NCBI GenBank assembly: GCA_007375595.1 | Contig: VMEP01000001.1 | Location: 10,061-74,060 of the forward strand | DNA length: 64,000 bases | DNA from: Parcubacteria group bacterium LiPW_30 | GTDB lineage: Bacteria > Patescibacteriota > Minisyncoccia > Phycocordibacterales > VMEP01 | Direction: 5' to 3' | Shown: positions 30,309 to 39,891 of the stretch, piece after piece | Numbering within the stretch: the stretch's first letter is position 1 | Layout of the letters: each line of letters begins with the position of its first letter | Position numbers and translations under genes: made by a program | The notes under the pieces: generated by a model | The model's database searches: none | Seen by the model: the letters and a program-made list of their open reading frames with translations, nothing else | Told to the model about the DNA's origin: nothing

Positions 30309-31237
30309 AAAAAATAAAAATTCTTAAAACAACTGGAAGTGAACTCTCAAACCAGCTCTGGAACTACGTAAGCATTTACGCTTATACTCTTGAACGAAAA
30401 TTTACAATTCAAAATTATTCTTTTTTTGAGTATGGAAATTACTTCACAATGTCTGCACCAAATCTTTTTTTTAGATTATTTTTCTTTCTTCCTTTTACTA
30501 ATTACACAAAAAGGAAAACTTCTTTCAAACGCAGATTGTGGAGAAAATTATACGAATATTATACAAAAATAATTATTTCAATAAACAAACAGTCTGTAAT
30601 TACATCCGATAATAGTGAAAATAAGCCATTTTATCTTCCACCAACAAATGAGAATTTAAAACTTTCAGAATTTGAGAAATCAAATGATGATATTTATTTC
30701 GATGGGTGGCTTTTCCGTAACCCTATAGGAATAAAAAAATATAGGGAAGAAATAATTGAATACTTTAAACCACGACAAGATATTGAGAAAAAAGTATCTA
30801 CACAAATAAAAACCTTGAGAAGTAATTACAAGAATCTTATAGGAGTACATGTTCGCCAGGGCGATTATAAGGAGTGGCGAAACGGCGCTTATTTTGTTCC
30901 ACAAATAATGGTTAAAGAAATTATTTTGGAATATTTAAAAACATCAGGCCTTAGTGCTTCGGAAACCTGTTTTGTTATTACCTCTGACGGACCAATTGAA
31001 ACACTGCTATATAGCGATTTAAATCTCTATATAAGCAAGGAAAACGCAGTTCATGACTTATTCCTACTTTCATCAACTGACCTCATTTTAGGGGCAAATA
31101 GCACATTTGGGGCCTTTGCGTCCTACTATGGAGATATACCTTTTGTTGTTATGCAAAAAGAACAAATAGACTGGGGCTACTATTCGGACAAAAAATCGTA
31201 TTTTGAAAACAAATACTGCACAATGGTGCACTTTTAA
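30305..31237 (+). CDS. Glycosyltransferase family 11-like (alpha-1,2-fucosyltransferase-like).
   Basis: IGVHVRQGDYKEW matches GT11 motif I (HxRRGD, here RQ). The C-terminal LLSSTDLILGANSTFGAFASYYG matches the GT11 SxFSwWaa motif. This is consistent with gmd/fcl in the same locus. Confidence 0.55.
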   Translation: MKKIKILKTTGSELSNQLWNYVSIYAYTLERKFTIQNYSFFEYGNYFTMSAPNLFFRLFFFLPFTNYTKRKTSFKRRLWRKLYEYYTKIIISINKQSVITSDNSENKPFYLPPTNENLKLSEFEKSNDDIYFDGWLFRNPIGIKKYREEIIEYFKPRQDIEKKVSTQIKTLRSNYKNLIGVHVRQGDYKEWRNGAYFVPQIMVKEIILEYLKTSGLSASETCFVITSDGPIETLLYSDLNLYISKENAVHDLFLLSSTDLILGANSTFGAFASYYGDIPFVVMQKEQIDWGYYSDKKSYFENKYCTMVHF

Positions 31238-32469
31238 GGCTCTATCTTTCCGCCAACAAAATCTAATATCCTCTTGGCTCTTCTTTCCCATGTATGGAAC
31301 AAAACATCAGAATAAGCCTTCTCTGTTATTTCTCCTACAAGATTTTTGTCACTAGTAGCTTTCTTAATCCCCTCTGCCAAATCATTTGGATTATCTGGCA
31401 AAACAATAATGGCATTCTCATTATTTGCTATTTCTCTCACGGATGGAATATCTGTCGCCACGATTGGGCGCCTACTTACCATGTACTCAAAAAGTTTCAT
31501 TGGGGAGGTGTAATATTTTGAAATATCCTCTTTTGCGGTGTTTGGTAAAACTAAAACATCAGCAGATTTTTGCCACAATGGAATCTCTCCACGCTCCTTG
31601 TGTCCTACAATCAATATATTCTCAACACCACCATACTTACCCTTAAAACTATCAACATCATCCTTTGTGCCACCAACAAAAACTGTTAAGTAATCTTTTG
31701 GAAGTATTTTTGTGGCTTCCGCTAAAACATCTGTTCCCTTCCAAGAATACAGATGTCCAGTATATACAATTATTTTTTTGTCTCCCGGCAAATTTAATTT
31801 ATCTCTGGCTTCTTCTTTCCCTATTGGAATATTAAAATCTTTCACCTCGACGGCATTACGTTCGCATATAATTTTTTCTCTATTTACTCCAAACAATCGA
31901 ATCACCTCTTCTGTTTTCCAAATATTTGTTACTAAAAGATATTTTACTCTCCGAAAAAGTAATTTATAAAAAAACTTTTTTCCTTCTGGAAAATCGTGTA
32001 ATTCATACAAAGTATTTGGAAAATAAAAAGTTAAGAAAAGCGTGGGGAGAGATTCATTTGAATAAATTAGGTCTTGCTTGCTAGCTTTAAAAATAAGGTA
32101 GATAAAACTTACCAACGAAAACAAGAGGAAACTTAATTTAAAAGAAAAGCCTTTCAAGAAACCGATATTTAATATATCTATGGTCGGCAAATACCTTACC
32201 TCAAAGTTATTTTCCAACTTATAGTAATTTTGTGGATCTGCTTTGAACCTCCCTAGGCGACGTGGAACAAGAATAGTCGTCAAAAAGCCCATTTTCCCAA
32301 ATGCCTCACATTCCTTAGCCGCAAAAAGAGAAGCCGCTTTTTCACTAGGAAAACGGCCATGAAAAATGACGAACACCCTTTTTATACCTGATTTCATGTG
32401 ATAATGATTGTAACAAATAAGATGATATACTTGAAGCCAATCCCGGACGAAATCGCGGACACTAGACAC
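31234..32469 (-). CDS. Glycosyltransferase family 4.
   Basis: ILIVGHKERGEIPLWQKSADVLVLPNTAKEDISKYYTSPMKLFEYMVSRRPIVATDIPSVREI (the EX7E region). Confidence 0.75.
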   Translation of the reverse strand: MSSVRDFVRDWLQVYHLICYNHYHMKSGIKRVFVIFHGRFPSEKAASLFAAKECEAFGKMGFLTTILVPRRLGRFKADPQNYYKLENNFEVRYLPTIDILNIGFLKGFSFKLSFLLFSLVSFIYLIFKASKQDLIYSNESLPTLFLTFYFPNTLYELHDFPEGKKFFYKLLFRRVKYLLVTNIWKTEEVIRLFGVNREKIICERNAVEVKDFNIPIGKEEARDKLNLPGDKKIIVYTGHLYSWKGTDVLAEATKILPKDYLTVFVGGTKDDVDSFKGKYGGVENILIVGHKERGEIPLWQKSADVLVLPNTAKEDISKYYTSPMKLFEYMVSRRPIVATDIPSVREIANNENAIIVLPDNPNDLAEGIKKATSDKNLVGEITEKAYSDVLFHTWERRAKRILDFVGGKIEP

Positions 32470-32548
32470 AAAAAATGGCCTTTCAAAGTAATCAAAAAAT
32501 TATTAACAACAATAACTTAAGACTCGGACTTATCTAGTCTGCGTCCTA

Positions 32549-32968
32549 TTTCGTACGGGATGACCCCAAACAAAGTAATTTAAGTATGTTCTATACATAT
32601 ATACTAAAAAGCAAGAAAGATGGTAAGTTGTACACGGGATATACGAGTAATTTACGAAAACGTTTTAAAGATCACAACGATGGAAAATCAACATATACTA
32701 AAGGAAAGGGTCCTTACGAATTAATTTATTACGAAGCATGTCTCGCGGAAGAAGATGCAAAGTCGAGAGAATTATATTTAAAAGCTGGAAGGGGTAAGCG
32801 TTTTATAAAGTCTCGTTTAAAATGTTTCTTTTTGAAAAACTTGTCCCGTACAAAATAGCCTAGTTATGTTTTACGCTTATATAATGAAAAGTAGCTATAA
32901 TGATAATGTATACCAAATTTATAAATAATTTATGGAAATGTAATCATTTCTAATTTTGTACGGGATGA
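32549..32968 (+). mobile_element. GIY-YIG gene cassette bounded by 16-17 bp direct repeats (aTTTYGTACGGGATGA), a putative target-site duplication of the 5' end of the downstream GT gene.
   Basis: Repeat copies at 32549-32563 (tttcgtacgggatga) and 32954-32968 (ttttgtacgggatga). The first copy retains a remnant MYGM-like start (tac ggg atg) that runs into a stop; the second copy is the real start of the GT gene at 32956/32965. Confidence 0.5.
32586..32858 (+). CDS. Small GIY-YIG nuclease family protein (YhbQ/COG2827-like, catalytic domain only).
   Basis: MFYTYILKSKKDGKLYTGYTSNLRKRFKDHNDGKSTYTKGKGPYELIYYEACLAEEDAKSRELYLK (GIY...YTG, R, E, H-N residues). Confidence 0.8.
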   Translation: MFYTYILKSKKDGKLYTGYTSNLRKRFKDHNDGKSTYTKGKGPYELIYYEACLAEEDAKSRELYLKAGRGKRFIKSRLKCFFLKNLSRTK

Positions 32969-34020
32969 AGTTTTTATACATAAATACTGGCAATAAATAC
33001 GCCCCAGATAAACACCTAATTGATGGGCTAAGGGAAAATAGTCATGAGGTTTTTGAATTAATTGAAAACGGGCATGGTATTAGTAAATATGTTTATTTTA
33101 TTAACCGCTTCTTAAAAAACAAAAATCAATTTGATGTAATTATTATTGGCTATGGTTTGCCGTTTTTAATACCAGTAATCCGCCTTCTATCAATCAAAAA
33201 GTTAATTTTCAATGCTATTTCTTCCCAATATGAAGCAAATATAATATCAAGAAATATTGCTAAAAATTTTTCTTTTACGGGGATAAGATGGTTCCTTGTA
33301 GATTTAATTTCTTTTCATCTTTCCTCAAAAGTTTTACTTGAAAGCAACGCTCAAGTTAGTTTTGTAAATAAAAAATTCTTTGTCCCAAAAAACAAACTTA
33401 TCCTTGGAAGAATGGGGGTTGATGAAGAAATTTTTTTTCGAGACCAATCTATACAAAAAAATAAAGACTTCACTGTTTTATTCAGGGGAAGGTTTTTACC
33501 AGAATCTGGAATACTTACCGTAATAGAAACGGCAAAAAAACTAGAGGATAAAAAAATTAAATTCCTCGTTATAGGTCATGGGTTTATGTATAGAGAAGTT
33601 AATGCGTTAATAGCAAAACTCAAACCAACTAATTTAAAAATATTATCGGAAAGATTATCAGAAGATGAGCTTCGAAAAATGATGCTCTCTTGTCATATAA
33701 GTTTGGGGCAACTCGCGGACCACCCTCGCCTTATTCGCACACTTCCAGCTAAACTGTATGAGAGCCTCGCTCTTGGTCTCCCCTACCTTACCGGAAGAAA
33801 CGCTGGTGTACTTGAAGTTTTAACAGAGAATAATAATTGTATTGCAGTAGAGCCTGGTAACTCTCTAGAACTAGCAGAAAAAATAACTTACTTGCAGGAC
33901 AACCCAGAAATACTTAGCAACATCGGTGAAAATGGTTATAACCTTTACCTAAAAGAATTCACTTCAAAAAAACTGGCGAAAGATTTTATTCGCGACTGTT
34001 TTGGCTATAAACTTTCCTAG
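32956..34020 (+). CDS. Glycosyltransferase (GT4/GT1-like). The true start may be the ATG at 32965.
   Basis: C-terminal TVLFRGRFLPESGILTVIE...GLPYLTGRNAGVLEVLTENNNCIAVEPGNSLELAEKI. Confidence 0.6.
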   Translation: MYGMKFLYINTGNKYAPDKHLIDGLRENSHEVFELIENGHGISKYVYFINRFLKNKNQFDVIIIGYGLPFLIPVIRLLSIKKLIFNAISSQYEANIISRNIAKNFSFTGIRWFLVDLISFHLSSKVLLESNAQVSFVNKKFFVPKNKLILGRMGVDEEIFFRDQSIQKNKDFTVLFRGRFLPESGILTVIETAKKLEDKKIKFLVIGHGFMYREVNALIAKLKPTNLKILSERLSEDELRKMMLSCHISLGQLADHPRLIRTLPAKLYESLALGLPYLTGRNAGVLEVLTENNNCIAVEPGNSLELAEKITYLQDNPEILSNIGENGYNLYLKEFTSKKLAKDFIRDCFGYKLS

Positions 34021-34627
34021 CTATAACAAAATAACCCAAAGGTATTCTTTTACTTACATTTCGATATCTCTTAGATATTTTAAAAAATATTGAATCTATA
34101 AAAACTGCGAGATTTTTAAAAAAGCCCTTAAGAAAGCTCGGGAACATTCCGGAGGCAGATTGGTAAAATACAGAGAATAAACCTAATCCTATTTCCTCTA
34201 TTTCTATATTTTCAAACTTATTCTCCTTGAGCATTTCTTCTATTGCCGAACGGGTATATCTAAAATAATCATCGGGGCTACCGTGAATATGGTGCATGAA
34301 CGGAACTGCAAAAATAAAAGATCCGCCATGTCTTAAGACACGAAACGTCTCTTCTATCACATTATTAAATTTATAAACATGCTCCAAAACATTCATACAA
34401 ATAACTGCATCAAATTTTTCATCTTCAATTGGAAAAGATTTCTGTATATCAAAAACCATGTCGCACCCGTACTGGGCACTAATATTAACCGAAGTAAATG
34501 TATGATTACCCTTAATTATGTCATGGTACTCAGAATTAAAATTTCCACCTAAATCAAGAATCAAACCATCTACAGAAATAGTTTTTAACTTTTTATACTC
34601 CCCATCTCTAATTATTGAATAAGTCAT
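33986..34627 (-). CDS. Class I SAM-dependent methyltransferase.
   Basis: ILDLGGNFNS...AVICMNVLEHVYKFNNVIEETFRVLRHGGSF. Confidence 0.7.
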   Translation of the reverse strand: MTYSIIRDGEYKKLKTISVDGLILDLGGNFNSEYHDIIKGNHTFTSVNISAQYGCDMVFDIQKSFPIEDEKFDAVICMNVLEHVYKFNNVIEETFRVLRHGGSFIFAVPFMHHIHGSPDDYFRYTRSAIEEMLKENKFENIEIEEIGLGLFSVFYQSASGMFPSFLKGFFKNLAVFIDSIFFKISKRYRNVSKRIPLGYFVIARKVYSQNSRE

Positions 34628-35265
34628 TTCTTTTCTAACTTAACAACAAAAGATAAAGCAAATAAAGATGGCCAAATTTTTGTCATAAATTTTGAAATTA
34701 ATCCAATCAAAAAATAATCCTGCCAAAAAGTATTCATTCGTATCTCAACTAAACGAAGCCCGCAATTATCAGTAATTCTTCTTAAAACAGAATAGTTGAA
34801 CCAGTATACATGTCCTTTATTTGGCCTATTGTTTTCCGGAACCTTTCCTAAAAAAGTCTGAATCCTGGCTGGCAAAGAACTGAAGTTAGGCACACTTATT
34901 ATTACGATTTTTTTAGAAACACGGGTGGCTTCAATTAAAAGGTCTTGAGGGGTATAAAGATGTTCTAAAAGATCGAGCATTGAAACGTAATCAAACGTGT
35001 TGTCTTCAAATGGAATCTTGTCGTTAAAATCAAAAACTGATGCTTCTATCCCCTTCTCCCTTGTCCTCAAAACACCCTCTTCGGAAATATCTAAGCCACT
35101 TCCCTTTATTCCTTTTTTCTTCAAAAGTGAAAGAAAAAGACCGTCACCAGAACCAAGGTCAAGAACTACCCCTTTATCAATCATCGCAAGAGAAGCCATG
35201 TGTCGGAAGCAAACAACTTGTTCATCTTTCGCCCAGCGATTATTTTCGAATTGTTTTACGTTCAT
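34624..35265 (-). CDS. Class I SAM-dependent methyltransferase.
   Basis: VLDLGSGDGLFLSLLKKKGIKGSGLDISEEGV...YVSMLDLLEHLYTPQDLLIEATRVSKKIVIISVPN. Confidence 0.7.
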   Translation of the reverse strand: MNVKQFENNRWAKDEQVVCFRHMASLAMIDKGVVLDLGSGDGLFLSLLKKKGIKGSGLDISEEGVLRTREKGIEASVFDFNDKIPFEDNTFDYVSMLDLLEHLYTPQDLLIEATRVSKKIVIISVPNFSSLPARIQTFLGKVPENNRPNKGHVYWFNYSVLRRITDNCGLRLVEIRMNTFWQDYFLIGLISKFMTKIWPSLFALSFVVKLEKK

Positions 35266-36380
35266 TAGTTTTTTAATAACTTAACAAATATTTCTGAAAC
35301 CGAGGACACGTCATAATTAACCACATGAGTCTTTAATTTTTCTGCCACCAAGCCACGCGTTATTGAATCTTGATTTAGGAACAAACATATTCTATCAGCA
35401 AAACTATCTACATTATTTAGTGGTATAACATTCTCCATCATACTACCAGGAATAATATCACGCACAGCGCCGACATCACTTGCGACAAATGGCACACCCA
35501 TAGCCATTGATTCAAGAAGAACGCGAGGAAAACCCTCTTCTTCCGACGGCATGAAAAATACATCTGAGGCTATAAAATAATCAGGTAGTTCTCGGTTTGC
35601 CACTGCGCCAACTAAACGAATATTTTTATTAAGACCCAAACGAACTACCTCGTCACGTAAAAAATTTTCATCAGGTCCGGATCCAACAACAATAAAAATA
35701 GTATCTGGAAACGAGTCAATAACTTTTTTAGCCACAGGTAAAATAATACGGGAACCTTTTCTTCTAGAAAGGTGGTGTACAAATAAAACAACTTTTGATT
35801 CTTGTGAAATATTTAATTTAGCACGAGCGTCTTCGCGAGAAAGTGTGTTTTTAAAACGCTCCAAATCTATCCAATTTGGCATTACCAAAACTGAATCTCT
35901 TTTTATCCCGTAATGCTTCACATATTCATCCGCAAGCAACGGTGCTCCGGTTACTAAATGTGTAACCATTTTATAGACCAATCTTTCAAAAATTTCTCGA
36001 AAAACATTGCGTTTGTATTTCCACGGCTCACCACAATTCCAATAAAAAACACGACCTCCGAAAACCCTAACAATAATTGAAGAAAAAAATGCAGAGAAAA
36101 AAGAATAATGAATATAGAAATCTTTATAGCCAGAAAGGCGCGCTCTTAAGAGAATTATTTTAGTTTCAATAATTCTAAAAAAAATAAATTTTGACTTAAT
36201 TAAGTATGCTTTTGTATAGCCAACGGAAATAGGCGGTTTTGAGCCTTTTTCAACGATAAGGTATATATCAAAAATAACCCCTATTTTGCTTAAAAAATCG
36301 TGTATATGCGAAAAATGAGACGCATCTTTGGTCTCATAGCGAGGGAGGACATAACATAGTTTTGGCTTCATATAACGCAT
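35265..36380 (-). CDS. Glycosyltransferase family 4.
   Basis: VVLFVHHLSRRKGSRIIL...DVFFMPSEEEGFPRVLLESMAMGVPFVASDVGAVRDII. Confidence 0.7.
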   Translation of the reverse strand: MRYMKPKLCYVLPRYETKDASHFSHIHDFLSKIGVIFDIYLIVEKGSKPPISVGYTKAYLIKSKFIFFRIIETKIILLRARLSGYKDFYIHYSFFSAFFSSIIVRVFGGRVFYWNCGEPWKYKRNVFREIFERLVYKMVTHLVTGAPLLADEYVKHYGIKRDSVLVMPNWIDLERFKNTLSREDARAKLNISQESKVVLFVHHLSRRKGSRIILPVAKKVIDSFPDTIFIVVGSGPDENFLRDEVVRLGLNKNIRLVGAVANRELPDYFIASDVFFMPSEEEGFPRVLLESMAMGVPFVASDVGAVRDIIPGSMMENVIPLNNVDSFADRICLFLNQDSITRGLVAEKLKTHVVNYDVSSVSEIFVKLLKN

Positions 36381-36418
36381 TATGGGGTTCTATTTGGTTG
36401 TGTCAAAGCATGATTTTG

Positions 36419-37591
36419 TTAACCAAAACACACTTCCCATGATTCTTTCATTCTGTTCAAATAATCGTCTTTGCCACGAAAAACCCCGAGAGCAGTTTGC
36501 GCCCTCATTGTGAATTCTTTTCTAACATCTTTGTGTTCAATAAACCTGCCCATATTACCGACAAAACAATTAATATCTTCACTTGAACAAACCAAAACGT
36601 CTTCGTTTTTTATTAAAATATTTCCAACAATACCAACATCACTAGAAATAACTGGGCAATCAGAAGCTATCGCCTCAACTAAGGTCATTCCAAAACCTTC
36701 ATATTTTGAAGTTAAAAGAAAAGCGTCGGCGGTCTTGTAATAAGAAGTTAAATCACTTTGCCATGGTTCAAAAATCACACTAACCCCTAGTTCATGGTTT
36801 TTAACTTTTAGCTTAAGTTTTTGTTCCTCTGAGCCTGAACCAACAATAATGAGGCCGACTTTTAGATATTTTTTACTAACCTCTTTCATTGCATCAATTG
36901 CCATTTCAATATTTTTTTCGCGAGTTAAACGCGAAGCCATCAGGAAAATAAAATCAAATTGAGGATATTTTTTATGTAAATCGACAGTTGGAATAGCCTT
37001 TCTTATTTTTTCTATGTCAACAAAAATAGGGAGAACAAACGGAACAGCCTTTAGTTTATAGTTGTTAGCCTTCAAAGAAGAAGTAATTCGCTCGGAAACA
37101 ACACGAACTCCATCTGCTTTTGGAAGTAAGAACTTTGCGATTATTATCCGAATTTTATTTAAAAAAGATTCTCTGGAAAAATATGGACTTAAAAAATCCG
37201 TGTGAATTTGGAGTTGTAGTTTTGATTTTGTTTTTTTGGATATACACCAAGCAATAAAGCCTGTTTCAAAAGGATCCTGGGCGGTAATCAGCCAGCTTTC
37301 AGCTTCCAGCTTATGGCTTTTAGACAATACGCTAGTACCAACGCTATATGCTTTATATAAAGAACTTAGTTTGAAGCTGGCGTTTGCTGTATAAACAAAA
37401 ATATTTTCACCGATTTTTATACCCTTATTGTCTTCGTGAGAATTTACCGATTTTCTACTTTCTACTTTCAACTTTCCAACCACCAATATATAAAGTTCGT
37501 CGCAAATAGTTCCATAAGAAACCATGCGCTCGCGAACGACGCTTCCCTCTTCCAGAATATTCTTATCAGTTGAAATCATTAAGACCTTCAT
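36419..37591 (-). CDS. Glycosyltransferase family 4.
   Basis: FLMASRLTREKNIEMAIDAM...DAFLLTSKYEGFGMTLVEAIASDCPVISSDVGIVGNIL. Confidence 0.7.
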   Translation of the reverse strand: MKVLMISTDKNILEEGSVVRERMVSYGTICDELYILVVGKLKVESRKSVNSHEDNKGIKIGENIFVYTANASFKLSSLYKAYSVGTSVLSKSHKLEAESWLITAQDPFETGFIAWCISKKTKSKLQLQIHTDFLSPYFSRESFLNKIRIIIAKFLLPKADGVRVVSERITSSLKANNYKLKAVPFVLPIFVDIEKIRKAIPTVDLHKKYPQFDFIFLMASRLTREKNIEMAIDAMKEVSKKYLKVGLIIVGSGSEEQKLKLKVKNHELGVSVIFEPWQSDLTSYYKTADAFLLTSKYEGFGMTLVEAIASDCPVISSDVGIVGNILIKNEDVLVCSSEDINCFVGNMGRFIEHKDVRKEFTMRAQTALGVFRGKDDYLNRMKESWEVCFG

Positions 37592-38691
37592 AATTGTAGT
37601 GCTTTAATTGTCTCATTAATCATTCGTTCGCGATTAAATAATTCTACTGTCTTTCTTGCGTTTTGTGCCAACTCATTAGAAAAATCTTCATTTAACAAAA
37701 TTCTTTCAACAGAGTGTACAATCGCATCCCTATCATCAAGCTCTACTAATAGGCCGTTTTTCTCATTTTCTATGACTTCGGGATTGCCCCCAATATTGGT
37801 TGTTATTATTGGTGTCCCCAGAGCCATAACCTCAAGTAATTGATGAGAAAAGCCCTCATAGGCCGTATTTAAAACAAAAACTGAGGCACTCTTAATATAT
37901 TTAAAAAGCCTCTCCTGAGGAAGCGCTCCGGCTAAAAACACGTTTGATTCTAAACTAAGTTCTTTAATAGCGCTTTCAAGCTTCCTTCGTTCACTGCCCT
38001 CCCCTGCGATAATTAACTTAATATCTGGAAAATGTTTAACAAGCCTCGGCATAAGAGCCACAAGTGTTAAAAAACCTTTCCATGGAACAAGCCGGCCAGC
38101 CGATAAAATTATTCTTTCTCTTTTGTTATCGTCTGGTAAATTTTGAACCTCCCCGTCAAAAGAATTATAAACAACCGTTATTTTATTTTTTTCTATCCCC
38201 CAATTAGAAACGATGTGTTTCAAATATTCACTTGGTACGATAATTTTATCCGCCTTTTTAGCAACACAAGTTTCAACGTGTTTTAAAAACAAAACCAATA
38301 AACGATATCCTTTTCTATTTTTTGAAAATTCATCTAATAAATCTTTCACACCAAATCGAGAAACGCCCTGTTCCCATGCATAATCGCCAACAATTTTTAA
38401 AATAAATTTCTTGCGTAATATTTTTGAAGCAATCATCGCCGGCAAACCAACCGATACTGGGTCTTGAGCATAAATGACATCGCACCCACGAGCGCGAAAA
38501 ATTGTTTTTAAAAAATAAAAAATGTGTCGAATAATTTTAGGCAGAAAGCGAACCTCCCCGAAACTTAAAATCTCCACACTAATCCCCTTCTTTGGAAACT
38601 CTTCGAAAAGAGCTTTGCTATACGAAGCAGGCCCCCCAATATCTGGCGGATAAATTCCTGTCGCGATAAGTATTTTCTTGTTCGTGTTCAT
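37588..38691 (-). CDS. Glycosyltransferase family 4.
   Basis: ILSAGRLVPWKGFLTLV...SVFVLNTAYEGFSHQLLEVMALGTPIITTNIGGNPEVI. Confidence 0.75.
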   Translation of the reverse strand: MNTNKKILIATGIYPPDIGGPASYSKALFEEFPKKGISVEILSFGEVRFLPKIIRHIFYFLKTIFRARGCDVIYAQDPVSVGLPAMIASKILRKKFILKIVGDYAWEQGVSRFGVKDLLDEFSKNRKGYRLLVLFLKHVETCVAKKADKIIVPSEYLKHIVSNWGIEKNKITVVYNSFDGEVQNLPDDNKRERIILSAGRLVPWKGFLTLVALMPRLVKHFPDIKLIIAGEGSERRKLESAIKELSLESNVFLAGALPQERLFKYIKSASVFVLNTAYEGFSHQLLEVMALGTPIITTNIGGNPEVIENEKNGLLVELDDRDAIVHSVERILLNEDFSNELAQNARKTVELFNRERMINETIKALQL

Positions 38692-39885
38692 TTATTTTTT
38701 ATCAACAAAAAGCCTATCAAAAACATTTTCTTTCATCATTTTTGAAATCAAATTCCAGTCATATCTCTCCATCGCCATTTTCATTCCACCCTCAATAACG
38801 TGCTCACGTAAACTTTTGTCTTCAAATAATAAATTAACTTTATCTGCAATACTCTTTGGGTTACGAACTTCACAAAAAAGCCCAGTTTCTTTGTCTACCA
38901 AAAAGTCTGTAATTCCCCCAACCGGTGTTGCAATAACAGGTAGCCCAGCAACCATTCCTTCAATAAAAGATATTCCGAACCCTTCAGAAAGAGACGGGCG
39001 AATAAAAACATCTGATATTTTTAAATATTTTGGCATCTCGGTGTGGCTTATTTGTCCCAAAAATATAACTCTGTCGGAAACACTATTATCAGATGCTAGT
39101 TTTTTTAACATCATTTCATCTGGCCCAACACCAAGTATTAAAAATTTAATATTGCCTTTAAGGAGTGGTAGCGCTTTAATAACATCATCACATGCATTCT
39201 TGGTCACTAATCTTGATGTTGTAATTAAATAAAAATCATCATCTTTTTTTCCTAATTTTTGTTTTAAGGCGTCTAGCTCTTCAACTGAGTACATTTTTGA
39301 AAAATGTTTAGCATTTACACCGTTTGGCACGATTGATATTTCTTTTTTATAACCCATTTCTTTTGCCACCCCAGAAAGATATGACGATGTGGTAATTATA
39401 AAATCTGCTTTAGTAAAAAGTTTTTTAAAAAGCGGGGCAATGATTTTTGTTCTTTTTTTATAATATTCAAACGGGTCACCATCATCTAATCTTGCAATGT
39501 ATGGAATATTGGGAAACAAAAATTTAAAAAACAAAGCACCAAAAGAAGCGTAGCTTGTCATCACAGTAACAACAGCGTCATATGGTTTCCTTTTATGTAA
39601 AACAACAGCGTAAAATAACGCCCAAAATGGGTACAAATATTTCATTACTACTAAGGGGAATCTTTTAAAATCTTGTATTTTTGCATTTTTATACCCAAAG
39701 CCAATACGGAAAATATCAATATTTCCAAAGCGCTCAAACTTAGGAAGATTAGTGTCGAAACGAAGAGTTATCATGTCAAACTTATAGTCTTCGGATGAAA
39801 TTCTGTCAGTGGTCTCTTTGATAGCAACTTCTGCCCCACCTATAAATGGGTAGTAAGTTAGAGAGAAAAAAAGTATTCGTTTCAT
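38692..39885 (-). CDS. Glycosyltransferase family 4.
   Basis: LITTSRLVTKNACDDVIKAL...DVFIRPSLSEGFGISFIEGMVAGLPVIATPVGGITDFL. Confidence 0.75.
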   Translation of the reverse strand: MKRILFFSLTYYPFIGGAEVAIKETTDRISSEDYKFDMITLRFDTNLPKFERFGNIDIFRIGFGYKNAKIQDFKRFPLVVMKYLYPFWALFYAVVLHKRKPYDAVVTVMTSYASFGALFFKFLFPNIPYIARLDDGDPFEYYKKRTKIIAPLFKKLFTKADFIITTSSYLSGVAKEMGYKKEISIVPNGVNAKHFSKMYSVEELDALKQKLGKKDDDFYLITTSRLVTKNACDDVIKALPLLKGNIKFLILGVGPDEMMLKKLASDNSVSDRVIFLGQISHTEMPKYLKISDVFIRPSLSEGFGISFIEGMVAGLPVIATPVGGITDFLVDKETGLFCEVRNPKSIADKVNLLFEDKSLREHVIEGGMKMAMERYDWNLISKMMKENVFDRLFVDKK

Positions 39886-39891
39886 GGTTTA

